DNA from: an uncultured virus (IMG/VR IMGVR_UViG_3300017958_000005)
Lineage: Duplodnaviria > Heunggongvirae > Uroviricota > Caudoviricetes
Reading direction: 5' to 3' (one strand)
IMG/VR virus record: IMGVR_UViG_3300017958_000005
Coordinates: 58,821-78,820 of that record
Length of the DNA: 20,000 bases
The notes under the pieces are model-generated. The model did not search any database, was not told the DNA's origin, and worked only from the letters and a program-made list of their open reading frames with translations. A program made the translations under genes and the position numbers. Below, piece after piece: positions 7,606-16,741 of this stretch (the stretch's first letter is position 1; each line of letters begins with the position of its first letter).

Positions 7606-7944
7606 ATGGCAAGCAAGAAACCGGCAAAGAAAACCTCAGCGAAAAAGGCACCCGCCAAGAAAACGGCGCCAGCCTCAGGAAAGAAGACCGCTGCTGCTAA
7701 GAAATCCGCAGCAAAGAAGGCACCTGCAAAGAAGACACCTGCCAAGAAGGCACCTGCCAATGCAGCACCGAGGAAGCGCGCTCAGGCAACTGGCCCATAC
7801 GCTGGGAACAACACTGAAGCAAAACAGTTCACGGAAGCACCAGCACCTGCTCCTGCTCCGGTTGAGACCACAGCCGAAAAGATTGATATTGTCGTCGAGA
7901 AGCCATCTTGGCGCTCGCGTCTCGTGGCGGTCTTCAAAAAATAA
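7606..7944 (+). CDS. Histone H1-like Lys/Ala/Pro-rich (PAKK-repeat) protein, 112 aa
   Basis: MASKKPAKKTSAKKAPAKK...; SD AAGGGAG and TACAAT (7567-7572) upstream of ATG 7606; the track's start at 7387 would overlap the divergent gene. Confidence 0.85.
   Translation: MASKKPAKKTSAKKAPAKKTAPASGKKTAAAKKSAAKKAPAKKTPAKKAPANAAPRKRAQATGPYAGNNTEAKQFTEAPAPAPAPVETTAEKIDIVVEKPSWRSRLVAVFKK
7714..7758 (+). repeat. 3 x 15-nt coding tandem repeat (KK[A/T]PA)
   Basis: AAGAAGGCACCTGCA / AAGAAGACACCTGCC / AAGAAGGCACCTGCC. Confidence 0.85.
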
Positions 7945-7962
7945 CCGCGTAGGGCAGGCCTG

Positions 7963-8640
7963 ATGGCACTCGAAGTTCGAGACAATTTCATCAATCCAGA
8001 GTTATTCGAAGCAGTTCGCCTCGATGAAGGTTTCTTTCCGCCAGAAATGGAAGGAATCAACATTGGCGAATACCTGAACGAATTTCATGACGAAGAATGT
8101 GACTGCTACGCCCCATACATGTTTTGGGATGGATGGCATAATTCGCCCGCAGACACAACTCGCAAAAAAGTAATTCAAGAAATTTGGTCGACCCCGGGCT
8201 TGCTCCCATGCGACATTGATGACGTCGTCGGCTTCGAATACTGGACACGAACGTTTCTACCCGGACAATTTTTGGCTGTGCACTGCGATGAAGACACGTT
8301 CTTGTACCAGAAATCGCAAATATTTCGTGGCCCCATCATCGGATGTGTTTGGTATGGGCCATCCGAAGCAACAGGCGGATTTCTTGAACTTCACGACAAT
8401 ATCCTCAAAGAAGGAAGAGGCGTTTTAGAACGCAATTTACTTGACCCGATGATGTCACCCATTGAAGAACGTGAGCGAATTAAGTACCAGCCGAATCGCC
8501 TAGTCGTATTCGACGCCGGTCACCGCCTACATGAAACAACGAAGACACTTTCAGGAAAACGTCAGGTCATGGTAATCAATGTTTGGCTCAAAGATAAACC
8601 TCCGACTGCTCTAGAGACTGGTGAGTTCTTTTACGAATAA
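7963..8640 (+). CDS. 2OG-Fe(II) oxygenase superfamily protein
   Basis: HCD facial-triad motif, GGFLEL, PNRLVVFDAG-x2-LH, distal RQVMVINVW. Confidence 0.85.
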   Translation: MALEVRDNFINPELFEAVRLDEGFFPPEMEGINIGEYLNEFHDEECDCYAPYMFWDGWHNSPADTTRKKVIQEIWSTPGLLPCDIDDVVGFEYWTRTFLPGQFLAVHCDEDTFLYQKSQIFRGPIIGCVWYGPSEATGGFLELHDNILKEGRGVLERNLLDPMMSPIEERERIKYQPNRLVVFDAGHRLHETTKTLSGKRQVMVINVWLKDKPPTALETGEFFYE

Positions 8641-8647
8641 AACAATT

Positions 8648-9283
8648 ATGCAACTCGAACGAATATCGCTTATTGAACTTGGTGTTTGGGTAGGAAAAAT
8701 TGATGAGGTCAACCCAAAACAAATCTCGTCGGATATCCATAATTACGCTCAAACCATCGATCAGGAATGCCCTGATTACGGCGTAATTTCGCGCGGGTTC
8801 GTTCAATTTGAAGATTTGGTAATGCCGATCACACCGGAAGTTACAAAACTGGAAACAGCCGTAAAAGCGCGCCTCCATCATCTAACAGGCAGAGACTACG
8901 AGATCCACGATATGTGGGCTGTTGACCTCGAATACAATCAGAGTGTCATCGCCCACTCACACCACTCCAATCTGCACGTACATCCCCACGAGTACTACAG
9001 CGTCACTTATTATCCGCAAGTGCCCGAGGGCTCCGCAGAACTCGTTTTCAACTACGACTACTGCAACATGATGAGCGGCACCGCAAGTGTGAAACCGGAA
9101 GTCGGAACATGTGTCATTTTCAACTCATACATCCAACACATGACGTCTCGCAACAAATCCGATACGTCTCGTCTCGTTGTAAGCATGAACCTCGGGCCCG
9201 TTGACCCAACGGTTGACCCAAATGCTGATTGGTCCGTGTACTGGAACAGGCCTGTAATCGAAAATCCCGAGCCGCATAAATGA
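8648..9283 (+). CDS. 2OG-Fe(II) oxygenase-like protein (TIGR02466-like, HxH type)
   Basis: IAHSH, SVTYYPQVP, ELVF, PEVG-x2-VIFNSYIQH, RLVVSMN; ATG 8648 preferred over the overlapping GTG 8621. Confidence 0.82.
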   Translation: MQLERISLIELGVWVGKIDEVNPKQISSDIHNYAQTIDQECPDYGVISRGFVQFEDLVMPITPEVTKLETAVKARLHHLTGRDYEIHDMWAVDLEYNQSVIAHSHHSNLHVHPHEYYSVTYYPQVPEGSAELVFNYDYCNMMSGTASVKPEVGTCVIFNSYIQHMTSRNKSDTSRLVVSMNLGPVDPTVDPNADWSVYWNRPVIENPEPHK

Positions 9284-9696
9284 CAACAGAACATCGCCGC
9301 TCACCTCGCAAAAAAGTTACAAACATCGAACGGGTTGGCGCATGGGGAAAAGTGCGGTACCTGCATCATCTCGAGTGCGGCCATGTCGAGTCGCGCCCAA
9401 GAGCGTCGTCGGCCCCACGCCTCGGCTGTGTGATGTGCTTGCGCATCTCCGAAAAAGAAGCGGAACTCGAAGATTTACTAATAGTTAACGAGAATCCTGT
9501 TGACATTGGACACGATGCAGGCCAAGATGAAATACGACTCGCAAAGACAGCCAGCATCATCGCCAAAAGATTCGGTGTGCCAGTCGAAGCAGTCGACATA
9601 CACGTTGCAATTGGGCCAGAAGGCACACTCGTCTACAACGGTGGACTGGTGTTCCTCTCTGGGGAAGACATATTCCGGTTAGTGGGAGAACGATGA
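9280..9696 (+). CDS. Hypothetical protein with zinc-finger-like N-terminus
   Basis: HLECGH ... CVMC; ATGA overlaps at both ends. Confidence 0.78.
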   Translation: MTTEHRRSPRKKVTNIERVGAWGKVRYLHHLECGHVESRPRASSAPRLGCVMCLRISEKEAELEDLLIVNENPVDIGHDAGQDEIRLAKTASIIAKRFGVPVEAVDIHVAIGPEGTLVYNGGLVFLSGEDIFRLVGER

Positions 9697-10028
9697 ACAG
9701 TAAGGTTGAGCCGGTACCAGCCGGCGCCGGTGCATGCTACGAAATGCCAGTGTCTTGGTGGTTTCCGCATTTTGATCCAAGACGAAATGGTTCAATCGCA
9801 GTGATGCGACAGAACCGTGAAAAAGCGATCGAAATCTGCAATTCATGCGAATACAAAGAACAGTGTCTTGAGTGGAGCCTGCATCACGAACCTCTAGGCG
9901 TGTGGGGAGGTATGCCAGAATACCCACGAGCGGTTCTTCGAGCGAAGCGTGGTATCGAATGCTCGAACAATGCGTTTATCTCTGTTCCCGGAAAAGGGGT
10001 ACGTAACGTATCTGCGGTGAAAGGCTGA
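9693..10028 (+). CDS. whiB: WhiB-family Fe-S transcriptional regulator
   Basis: AC-x6-WWFP ... ICNSCEYKEQC (four Cys in total) and GVWGG turn; SD GGGAG. Confidence 0.92.
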   Translation: MNSKVEPVPAGAGACYEMPVSWWFPHFDPRRNGSIAVMRQNREKAIEICNSCEYKEQCLEWSLHHEPLGVWGGMPEYPRAVLRAKRGIECSNNAFISVPGKGVRNVSAVKG

Positions 10029-11803
10029 TGTATGGCCACACCGAAACTCTCCTGTCGAAACTAGACGGCGTCGTAAAATCTGCGAACGGATGGGAAGCAC
10101 GATGCCCATGCCGTCAAGATGACCGCAACCCATCACTTTCCGTTAAAGAAAATTCCGATGGAAAAATCGTCATGTTCTGTCACAGGAACAACGGATGTGG
10201 TGCCGCTGAAATCTGCTCGGCTATCGGTTTGCAACTTTCAGATTTAATGCCACCATCTGACAAGACGCAAACTGCATCAATCGATTATCCAAAACAGGAA
10301 CGTCCAAAACTAAAGTTCGTCGCAAAATACGAATACCGCGACGCCGACGGAACCCTGCTTTTTGAGAAAGTTCGATACACCGAACCCGATGGCAAAAAGA
10401 CTTTCCGCCAACGCAAGCCCGACGGATCTGGGGGCTGGACATACAGCCTTGGAGACACCCCAAAGGTGTTATATAACCTGCCCGCCGTCTTAGAGGCAAA
10501 AGCAAACGGAGAACCAATCTTTCTCGTGGAAGGAGAGAAAGATGCAGACGCTCTCATCTCAATGGGTGCTTGTGCCACAACTATGCCCGGAGGGGCAGGT
10601 AAATGGCTCGACATACACACTGAGGCTCTCGCTGGAGCAATCGTGGACGTTATCGTCGACAACGACGAGCCCGGACGCCGACATGCACACCTTGTCGCAG
10701 GCATCCTCACTCAAGCCGGTTCGGACGTAGCGATTTGGCGAAGCCAAACTCAAAAAGACATTTACGACCACCTGCAAGCGGGTGGGTCAACCACCGACCT
10801 CGAACAGATCCCATACGAAACCCTGATCTCTGAGTTTGCTGGCCAAACAATCGAGCCAGAAGAACAGGAAGAAGACGGTGACGAGCCAGAACTTGTCGAG
10901 CACACTCCGCAAGAAAAAGCAATCCTCGACATCGCCCATCTGCTCACGTCAGATAAAAACCCAAAACACATTCTTCTAAAAATCGCTGACATCGCCTTAT
11001 CACAAGGCCAAGAGTTCTCGCAGCCAGATCCGGGCCGACTGGTGAACTGGGATGACTTCGTCATGGAGGAAACTGACGATTCGTATGAATGGCTCCTACC
11101 CGGACTATTGGAAAAACAAGAACGAGTAATGGTCGTAGCCGCTGAAGGTGTTGGCAAAACCATGCTTGCCCGTCAAGTGGCGATCTGCTCAGGATACGGA
11201 GTTCACCCATTCACTTTTCAACGCATGCCACGTGTACGCACGCTCACCGTTGACCTAGAGAACCCTGAGCGAATCATCAAACGAACGTCCGACAAAATCG
11301 TCGGAGCAGCAAAGTCAATGGGTTACGAACGCAAAGGTGACAACCATCTTGTTATCAAGCCGGACGGCCTGAACCTGCTATCGGTGCAAGACCGAATGAT
11401 CTTGGAACAACACATCGAGGCAGTCGAGCCAGAAATCCTAGTAATGGGACCCCTCTACAAAGCATTTCTCGACCCCGGTACTAAAACTTCTGAAGCGGTT
11501 GCAATCGAAGTCGCAAAATATCTCGACCGCATACGGTCAACCTACAACTGTGCGCTCTGGCTGGAACACCACGCTCCACTTGGAGCATCACAAACCTCTC
11601 GCGAGTTACGTCCGTTTGGATCCGCTGTCTGGTCACGTTGGCCAGAGTTTGGACTCGCGTTACAGCCAGACCCCGTTCGCCCTCACGATTTTGTTTACGA
11701 CGTAAATCATTTCCGTGGTGCTCGAGACCTTCGCGCATGGCCCACGCAAATGACACGCGGCAAGAAGTTTCCGTTCGAAGTATTGGAGTTTATGAAAGTA
11801 TGA
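10028..11803 (+). CDS. DNA primase-helicase (Zn-binding + TOPRIM + RecA-like AAA_25/RepA helicase)
   Basis: ARCPC-x2-DD-x2-PSLSV ... MFCH-x4-C; FLVEGEKDADAL; DNDEPG; Walker A AAEGVGKT; DLEN; LEHH; RPFGS. Confidence 0.92.
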   Translation: MYGHTETLLSKLDGVVKSANGWEARCPCRQDDRNPSLSVKENSDGKIVMFCHRNNGCGAAEICSAIGLQLSDLMPPSDKTQTASIDYPKQERPKLKFVAKYEYRDADGTLLFEKVRYTEPDGKKTFRQRKPDGSGGWTYSLGDTPKVLYNLPAVLEAKANGEPIFLVEGEKDADALISMGACATTMPGGAGKWLDIHTEALAGAIVDVIVDNDEPGRRHAHLVAGILTQAGSDVAIWRSQTQKDIYDHLQAGGSTTDLEQIPYETLISEFAGQTIEPEEQEEDGDEPELVEHTPQEKAILDIAHLLTSDKNPKHILLKIADIALSQGQEFSQPDPGRLVNWDDFVMEETDDSYEWLLPGLLEKQERVMVVAAEGVGKTMLARQVAICSGYGVHPFTFQRMPRVRTLTVDLENPERIIKRTSDKIVGAAKSMGYERKGDNHLVIKPDGLNLLSVQDRMILEQHIEAVEPEILVMGPLYKAFLDPGTKTSEAVAIEVAKYLDRIRSTYNCALWLEHHAPLGASQTSRELRPFGSAVWSRWPEFGLALQPDPVRPHDFVYDVNHFRGARDLRAWPTQMTRGKKFPFEVLEFMKV

Positions 11804-12282
11804 AACTGGTTGATCTACACCCGTGGGAGTATGACCATGCGCTGAGTGTTGCTGCTCGCCGGTGTGCTGCCAACTGGGGTAAACAAGATGCTCCGCATTA
11901 CCACCGCAAGAACATGGAGGACGACCGGACTGCTCAAGCAGCGGCTTGCGTCTGCGAGTTGGCTGTCGCAAAAGCAACGAACCGCTATTGGTCTGGACAT
12001 GTTTGGCACAAGAGCGAACATCACTTGTATCGGGATCTCGCCGATGTAGGTGAAAACATTGAAGTCCGACGTATCCGCACCCGCATGTCTGCCGCTGTAA
12101 GGCGACACCAGTTGGGAAAAGGTTTAGTATTATTTGTAGCAAGGCCTGTATTGCCAGAAATGACACAAGTCGAAATATTTGGCTGGAAAAAATATGACGA
12201 GGCATGGGAAATCGGCGAACCGGCCTCATATGACCCCGACAACACCCGCGTAATCGGAGTTGAACATTTGGAACAATTATGA
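11800..12282 (+). CDS. Hypothetical protein, possible PD-(D/E)xK restriction-endonuclease-like fold, 160 aa
   Basis: ATGA overlap with the primase stop gives a start at 11800; CELAVAK ... ADVGENIEVR resembles E...D...ExK with Arg in place of Lys. Confidence 0.65.
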   Translation: MKLVDLHPWEYDHALSVAARRCAANWGKQDAPHYHRKNMEDDRTAQAAACVCELAVAKATNRYWSGHVWHKSEHHLYRDLADVGENIEVRRIRTRMSAAVRRHQLGKGLVLFVARPVLPEMTQVEIFGWKKYDEAWEIGEPASYDPDNTRVIGVEHLEQL

Positions 12283-12953
12283 GCGACGACAGTGGAAAAG
12301 CCCTATCACGAGAATTCTTAGCCGAACGTGACCTGCGCATCTTCAAAATGAGGCAGGCCGGCGTGACGACAACTGAAATTGCGCGACGCTTCAATGTCAG
12401 CACATCAGTTGTGTCGAAAGCGGTCGGTCGTCAACTCGAAAAAATGAACCGGGAAGCCATGATGGCTTACCCTGAAGTTTTGCGAATGGAACTGGAACGC
12501 TTAGATGCGCTACAAGCCGCAATATGGCCGATGACACAACATCGACGAGTGACCCTTGACGATGGGCAAGAAGTTTCAGTTGAACCTGACATGAAAGCAA
12601 TTCAGCAGGTGCTGAGCATCATGGATCGTCGCTCAAAACTTCTTGGAATGGACCAGAACAACCTCACCGTTCAAATGGACATTTCCACAGACACCGCGAC
12701 CCCGATCCGAGTTTCCATGGCAAGCGAAACCGACACGGGTGCCGCACCAGTCGACGCATTTGACCCTAAAGAAGAAGCCCGCCAACTACTAGAACTCATG
12801 GGCAGATCCGGCGTCCTCCCAGACGCAGAAGTGCAGCAAATGTTAGGAACAGGGACAGAAGAGGAACAAGACATCGAGGAAGCCGAGATCGTCGAAGTTA
12901 TCCGAGATGTTGAAGTGCTAGAAAATTACAGAGGCAACGATGAGTCAGATTGA
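12279..12953 (+). CDS. HTH DNA-binding protein, terminase small subunit-like
   Basis: N-terminal HTH (GVTTTEIARRFNVSTSVV), ELERLDALQAAIWP, D-x-KAI-x2-VL-x-IMDRRSKLLG, acidic tail; pattern recalled from actinophage TerS-like proteins. Confidence 0.65.
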   Translation: MSDDSGKALSREFLAERDLRIFKMRQAGVTTTEIARRFNVSTSVVSKAVGRQLEKMNREAMMAYPEVLRMELERLDALQAAIWPMTQHRRVTLDDGQEVSVEPDMKAIQQVLSIMDRRSKLLGMDQNNLTVQMDISTDTATPIRVSMASETDTGAAPVDAFDPKEEARQLLELMGRSGVLPDAEVQQMLGTGTEEEQDIEEAEIVEVIRDVEVLENYRGNDESD

Positions 12954-13656
12954 CGGACTAGAACAACTTTACATTTTCCCGAACTTCCTAGACGAGGACG
13001 AAATCAACCTCTGGAACAATCGGCTCCGCGCAGAAACATTCTGGAAAGAAATTCCAGCGAGTGACCACGAACACTCAACTCAAAGAAACCACATTTCCAT
13101 CGACGGCGACAATATGCGCAACGACCTTTCATTGCTTCAAGACAATGAGGTCCTAGTATCAAAAATCAACGCCAAGGTCGAACAAATTTTTGGAGAACAT
13201 TTTCTCACGCCCACAACCCTTTACTATCGGAAGTGGGTTGCCGGAATGACACAAGGGCTGCACCATGACGCATGCTACGAGTATGGGGCAGGTCTAGATT
13301 GGCGCACAAACAGCGAAGCAAAAGAATCGGCTTTCCCTATTGCTTTTCACGACGTAGCAACCGTCCTCTACTACAACGACGATTTTGAAGGCGGAGAAAT
13401 CTTTTTCCACCGGCCAAATATCTCATTGAAGCCGGAACGCGGAATGCTCATCATGATGCCATGCACCGACAGATACATTCATGGAGTAAATGAGATCACC
13501 TCTGGCGAACGATACATTTCCGCCCACTTCTGGACACGTGCAAAAACGATCGCAATGTGTCTGGGTCACGATAAAACCCGCATAAATGAATGGATATACA
13601 AGTACTCCGACTGTGATAAGGTTGACCGCCTACTCAGTGACATGCGGCGACACTAG
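12940..13656 (+). CDS. Prolyl-4-hydroxylase-like 2OG-Fe(II) oxygenase
   Basis: HHD, VLYYNDDFEGGEIFF, KPERG, YIHGV-x2-ITSGERY; SD GAGG. Confidence 0.92.
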   Translation: MSQIDGLEQLYIFPNFLDEDEINLWNNRLRAETFWKEIPASDHEHSTQRNHISIDGDNMRNDLSLLQDNEVLVSKINAKVEQIFGEHFLTPTTLYYRKWVAGMTQGLHHDACYEYGAGLDWRTNSEAKESAFPIAFHDVATVLYYNDDFEGGEIFFHRPNISLKPERGMLIMMPCTDRYIHGVNEITSGERYISAHFWTRAKTIAMCLGHDKTRINEWIYKYSDCDKVDRLLSDMRRH

Positions 13657-13662
13657 AAAGAT

Positions 13663-13675
13663 GTAGTATCTAGAC
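13663..13675 (+). promoter_or_regulatory. Putative -10 element for a leaderless transcript
   Basis: G-TAGTAT (13664-13669), 6 nt, then ATG at 13676. Confidence 0.5.
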
Positions 13676-14035
13676 ATGAGCGAAGAATCAACAGAAATTG
13701 AAATCACCTCCATCGAGGATCTGCCCTCAGTCGACTCCGAACAGTTGGCCGAAGTCACCTCATCTCCATCGCATTTCCAATCCGTCCTACTAACCACGAA
13801 CGAGTGGGGAACATTTGAAGTTCGATGGAACGGCACCACTTTCATCCTCCTTAAGGGCATTGCAACACACACCTCTGAAGGAAAACCTCCAATTGTTTCG
13901 TACGAGGTTCTCGGACATCAAAACCCCGAGGAGGAAGTGGACTATCCGTTCCCGCTTGACCTTTCAGTTCTCGAGCGAATCGGTCGCGTCCTCATCCACA
14001 CCGTCAATACCGCTGCAAGCGAGGACGACGAGTAA
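13676..14035 (+). CDS. Hypothetical acidic protein, 119 aa
   Basis: Tiles the gap between the oxygenase and carbamoyltransferase genes. Confidence 0.75.
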   Translation: MSEESTEIEITSIEDLPSVDSEQLAEVTSSPSHFQSVLLTTNEWGTFEVRWNGTTFILLKGIATHTSEGKPPIVSYEVLGHQNPEEEVDYPFPLDLSVLERIGRVLIHTVNTAASEDDE

Positions 14036-14044
14036 ACTGCCAGT
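14032..14044 (+). promoter_or_regulatory. Putative -10 element for a leaderless transcript
   Basis: G-TAAACT (14033-14038, includes the upstream stop codon), 6 nt, then GTG at 14045. Confidence 0.55.
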
Positions 14045-15487
14045 GTGCGCATCCTAGGGATTAACGACTCAAGCCACGACGCAGCAGTAAGTGTAATTGA
14101 CAACGGAGAAATCGTTTTTGCGGCGCACAGCGAACGCTACAACAAACAAAAAAACACTTACGCAATTTCTGACGACCTGATTGAAGAGGTCATGTCGGAT
14201 CCGCCCGACTTGATTGCTTACTTTGAGAAACGTCCATTTAAGCGGGCTCGCAGATTTAGACACGGAGGCATCAACGGTGCCTACCAAAACCTATACAAAA
14301 AACTGCATAAATATCAATGGCCAAAAGAGGTGCAGGTCTCACACCACTACAGTCATGCAGCCGCCGGATATTTCACGTCGACATTTGCGGAAGCAACAGT
14401 AGTTGTACTAGATGCCATCGGCGAATTTGAAACCGCAACGATTTGGGACGCCAGCGGAAACAATATCCGCAAACGAGAATCGCTACGGTACCCGATTTCA
14501 TTCGGATTGTTCTACAGCGCATTCACCGATCTAGTCGGGCTAAAACCCGGCTTTGACGAATACGTACTTATGGGAATGGCCGCCTACGGAGACCCATCCC
14601 GATACGCGGCCGAGATCAACAAAATGTTCCCAAAGTGGAACAGCCAGACACAGAACTTCCACCACGGAGTCAACTGGCCGCACCCAATCATCTGCGAACA
14701 AGACAAATACGATATAGCAGCAGCAGTTCAACTCATATATCAAAATCGTTTAATTGACCTGATGCGCTATGTGCGGCGCGACTCACCCACACAAAACCTT
14801 GTTTTCATGGGCGGCTGCGCACTCAACTGTTCAGCCAACACGAAACTTCTTGACATCTGGGACGAAGTTTGGATAATGCCGAATCCCGGCGACGCCGGCT
14901 CAAGCCTCGGTGCCGCACTAGCAATCTACGGATCACACATCGAATGGCGCGGCCCATACCTCGGTCACGACATCGGCGGCGACTTTTACCCATCCGAAGA
15001 CATCATTGACGTACTGCTACGAGACAAAATTGTTGCAGTCGCAAACGGAAGAGCCGAATTCGGTCCGCGAGCATTGGGGAACCGTAGCCTTTTGGCTGAT
15101 CCCCGACCAGCCGACATGAAAGATCGCGTGAACCAAGTTAAAAAACGGGAACCTTTCCGTCCATTCGCACCAATCATTATGGAAGATCACGTGTCCGAAT
15201 GGTTCGAAATTGACCGCCCCGTCCCATACATGCAATTTGCCGTAAAAGCGCGCTTTCCAGAACTCATGCCGGCCGTAGTGCACCACGACGGAACATCACG
15301 AATCCAAACCGTGAACGAATATCAACACCCCGGCCTCTACGACGTTTTATCAATGTGGTATCACCAAACCGGGATGCCAGTTCTATTAAATACCAGTCTC
15401 AATGTTCGTGACCAGCCTATGCTCAACGACGAACTCGATGCCCTAGTATGGCAAGAAATGAACCCACAAGTAAAACTTGTAACGTGA
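14045..15487 (+). CDS. O-carbamoyltransferase, NodU/CmcH/TobZ family
   Basis: ILGIN-x3-HDAA, SERY, HHYSHAA, DAIGE, MGMAAYG, GGCALNC, PGDAGSSLG, EFGPRALGNRS, KKREPFRPFAP, VVHHDGTSRIQTV, LNTSLN. Confidence 0.96.
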   Translation: MRILGINDSSHDAAVSVIDNGEIVFAAHSERYNKQKNTYAISDDLIEEVMSDPPDLIAYFEKRPFKRARRFRHGGINGAYQNLYKKLHKYQWPKEVQVSHHYSHAAAGYFTSTFAEATVVVLDAIGEFETATIWDASGNNIRKRESLRYPISFGLFYSAFTDLVGLKPGFDEYVLMGMAAYGDPSRYAAEINKMFPKWNSQTQNFHHGVNWPHPIICEQDKYDIAAAVQLIYQNRLIDLMRYVRRDSPTQNLVFMGGCALNCSANTKLLDIWDEVWIMPNPGDAGSSLGAALAIYGSHIEWRGPYLGHDIGGDFYPSEDIIDVLLRDKIVAVANGRAEFGPRALGNRSLLADPRPADMKDRVNQVKKREPFRPFAPIIMEDHVSEWFEIDRPVPYMQFAVKARFPELMPAVVHHDGTSRIQTVNEYQHPGLYDVLSMWYHQTGMPVLLNTSLNVRDQPMLNDELDALVWQEMNPQVKLVT

Positions 15488-15496
15488 GGAAATACG

Positions 15497-16741
15497 ATGG
15501 CACCAAAACACTTTGCCGACAACTGGATCGCTGACTGGTCGCAAAATGACGCAGATCGAATCAAACGAGAGCAACGTTTTGCTCACTTCCGCGCACACAC
15601 CCACATCCACGGTCTTCCAAAATTTTCGAAGTTGACCAAACCTGACAAACAGTATTGGGCGGCCCTCACATACAAAGACGTAGCAGAAATTTCTCGAAAT
15701 CAAGAGATTTTCTGTGCAAGCGAAGGGTATCTGATTACAGATTTGCCGCGTGACATTTTCGAATATTTTGGTTCCCTACTGGCGCTCGACAATCCTCGAC
15801 ATAACGAAGTTCGGTCAATCGTTCAGCGAGCATTTGGGGCATCAAACGTAGCCAAACTAACCACGATGATCGAACAAGTCACAGCGGATATTGTCGACGA
15901 TGTAATCGAGAAACACCCTGAGCGAAAGTGTGACATTCACACTGAACTCTCAGCGCGACTACCAACTGAGATCACCGCGATCATGATGGGTGTGGCTGAC
16001 GACGACAAAAAATGGATGTACGACCGTGTTCGTGAAATCACTGGCAACAGTGATCCCGAATATCACGGTGGAGAGCGCTCAGACACATTTCTTAATGCTT
16101 GCATCGCAATTACCGAATATGCACACAAACTGGCCGCAGAACGCCGTGTGGAACCCAAAGACGACGTCACAAGCCTTCTTTGCAACGCAAAAAATGGTGG
16201 TGTTCTCGAAGATAAAGACTTCGGCTCACTATTCCTACTCCTCATCATGGGAGGAATCGAAACCACCCAGCACGTCATCTCCTACGGGATTAAAGCCTTC
16301 ACCGAAAACCCCGATCAACGTGAACTTCTGTGGAATGACTTCGACAAATACTGGTATGGAACAGTAGAAGAAACCGCACGCATGCAATCCCCAGCAATGC
16401 ATTTCCGACGCACCGCAACCCAAGACACCATCCTGAATGGCACCGAAATTGCCAAAGGTGAAAAAGTTGTTGCATGGTATTGCTCAGCCAACCGTGACGA
16501 AACAGTTTTCCGAAATGCTCAACGGTTCGACATCACTCGCGACTTCCATGAAACACCACACTTCGCCTATGGTGCTCCCGGAATCCATTACTGCATTGGG
16601 GCACCCATTGCTCGCGCGGAAATCAAATCGGCTTTCCAAAACATCATCGAAAAAATGCCTGACCTGCGATTCTCCGGCGAAATCGACTATGCCTACAGCA
16701 AATGGGGCAACGGAATGAAACGTATGAGCGCAGAATGGTAA
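15497..16741 (+). CDS. Cytochrome P450, resembling actinobacterial CYP124/125/142 enzymes
   Basis: FGSLLALDNPRH-x3-R, I-helix GGIETT, K-helix EETAR, FRRTA, SANRDE, RFDI-x-R, heme loop YGAPGIHYCIG; SD GAGGA. Confidence 0.96.
   Translation: MAPKHFADNWIADWSQNDADRIKREQRFAHFRAHTHIHGLPKFSKLTKPDKQYWAALTYKDVAEISRNQEIFCASEGYLITDLPRDIFEYFGSLLALDNPRHNEVRSIVQRAFGASNVAKLTTMIEQVTADIVDDVIEKHPERKCDIHTELSARLPTEITAIMMGVADDDKKWMYDRVREITGNSDPEYHGGERSDTFLNACIAITEYAHKLAAERRVEPKDDVTSLLCNAKNGGVLEDKDFGSLFLLLIMGGIETTQHVISYGIKAFTENPDQRELLWNDFDKYWYGTVEETARMQSPAMHFRRTATQDTILNGTEIAKGEKVVAWYCSANRDETVFRNAQRFDITRDFHETPHFAYGAPGIHYCIGAPIARAEIKSAFQNIIEKMPDLRFSGEIDYAYSKWGNGMKRMSAEW

Noticed and set aside
4572..11803. Inteins or introns in RNR or primase-helicase
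   Set aside because: Protein lengths are ordinary, frames are continuous and no splice-junction or homing-endonuclease motifs are visible
11660..12403. 247-aa minus-strand ORF (also 451-1047 minus and 6552-7151 plus)
   Set aside because: Lie opposite well-supported genes and show no motifs
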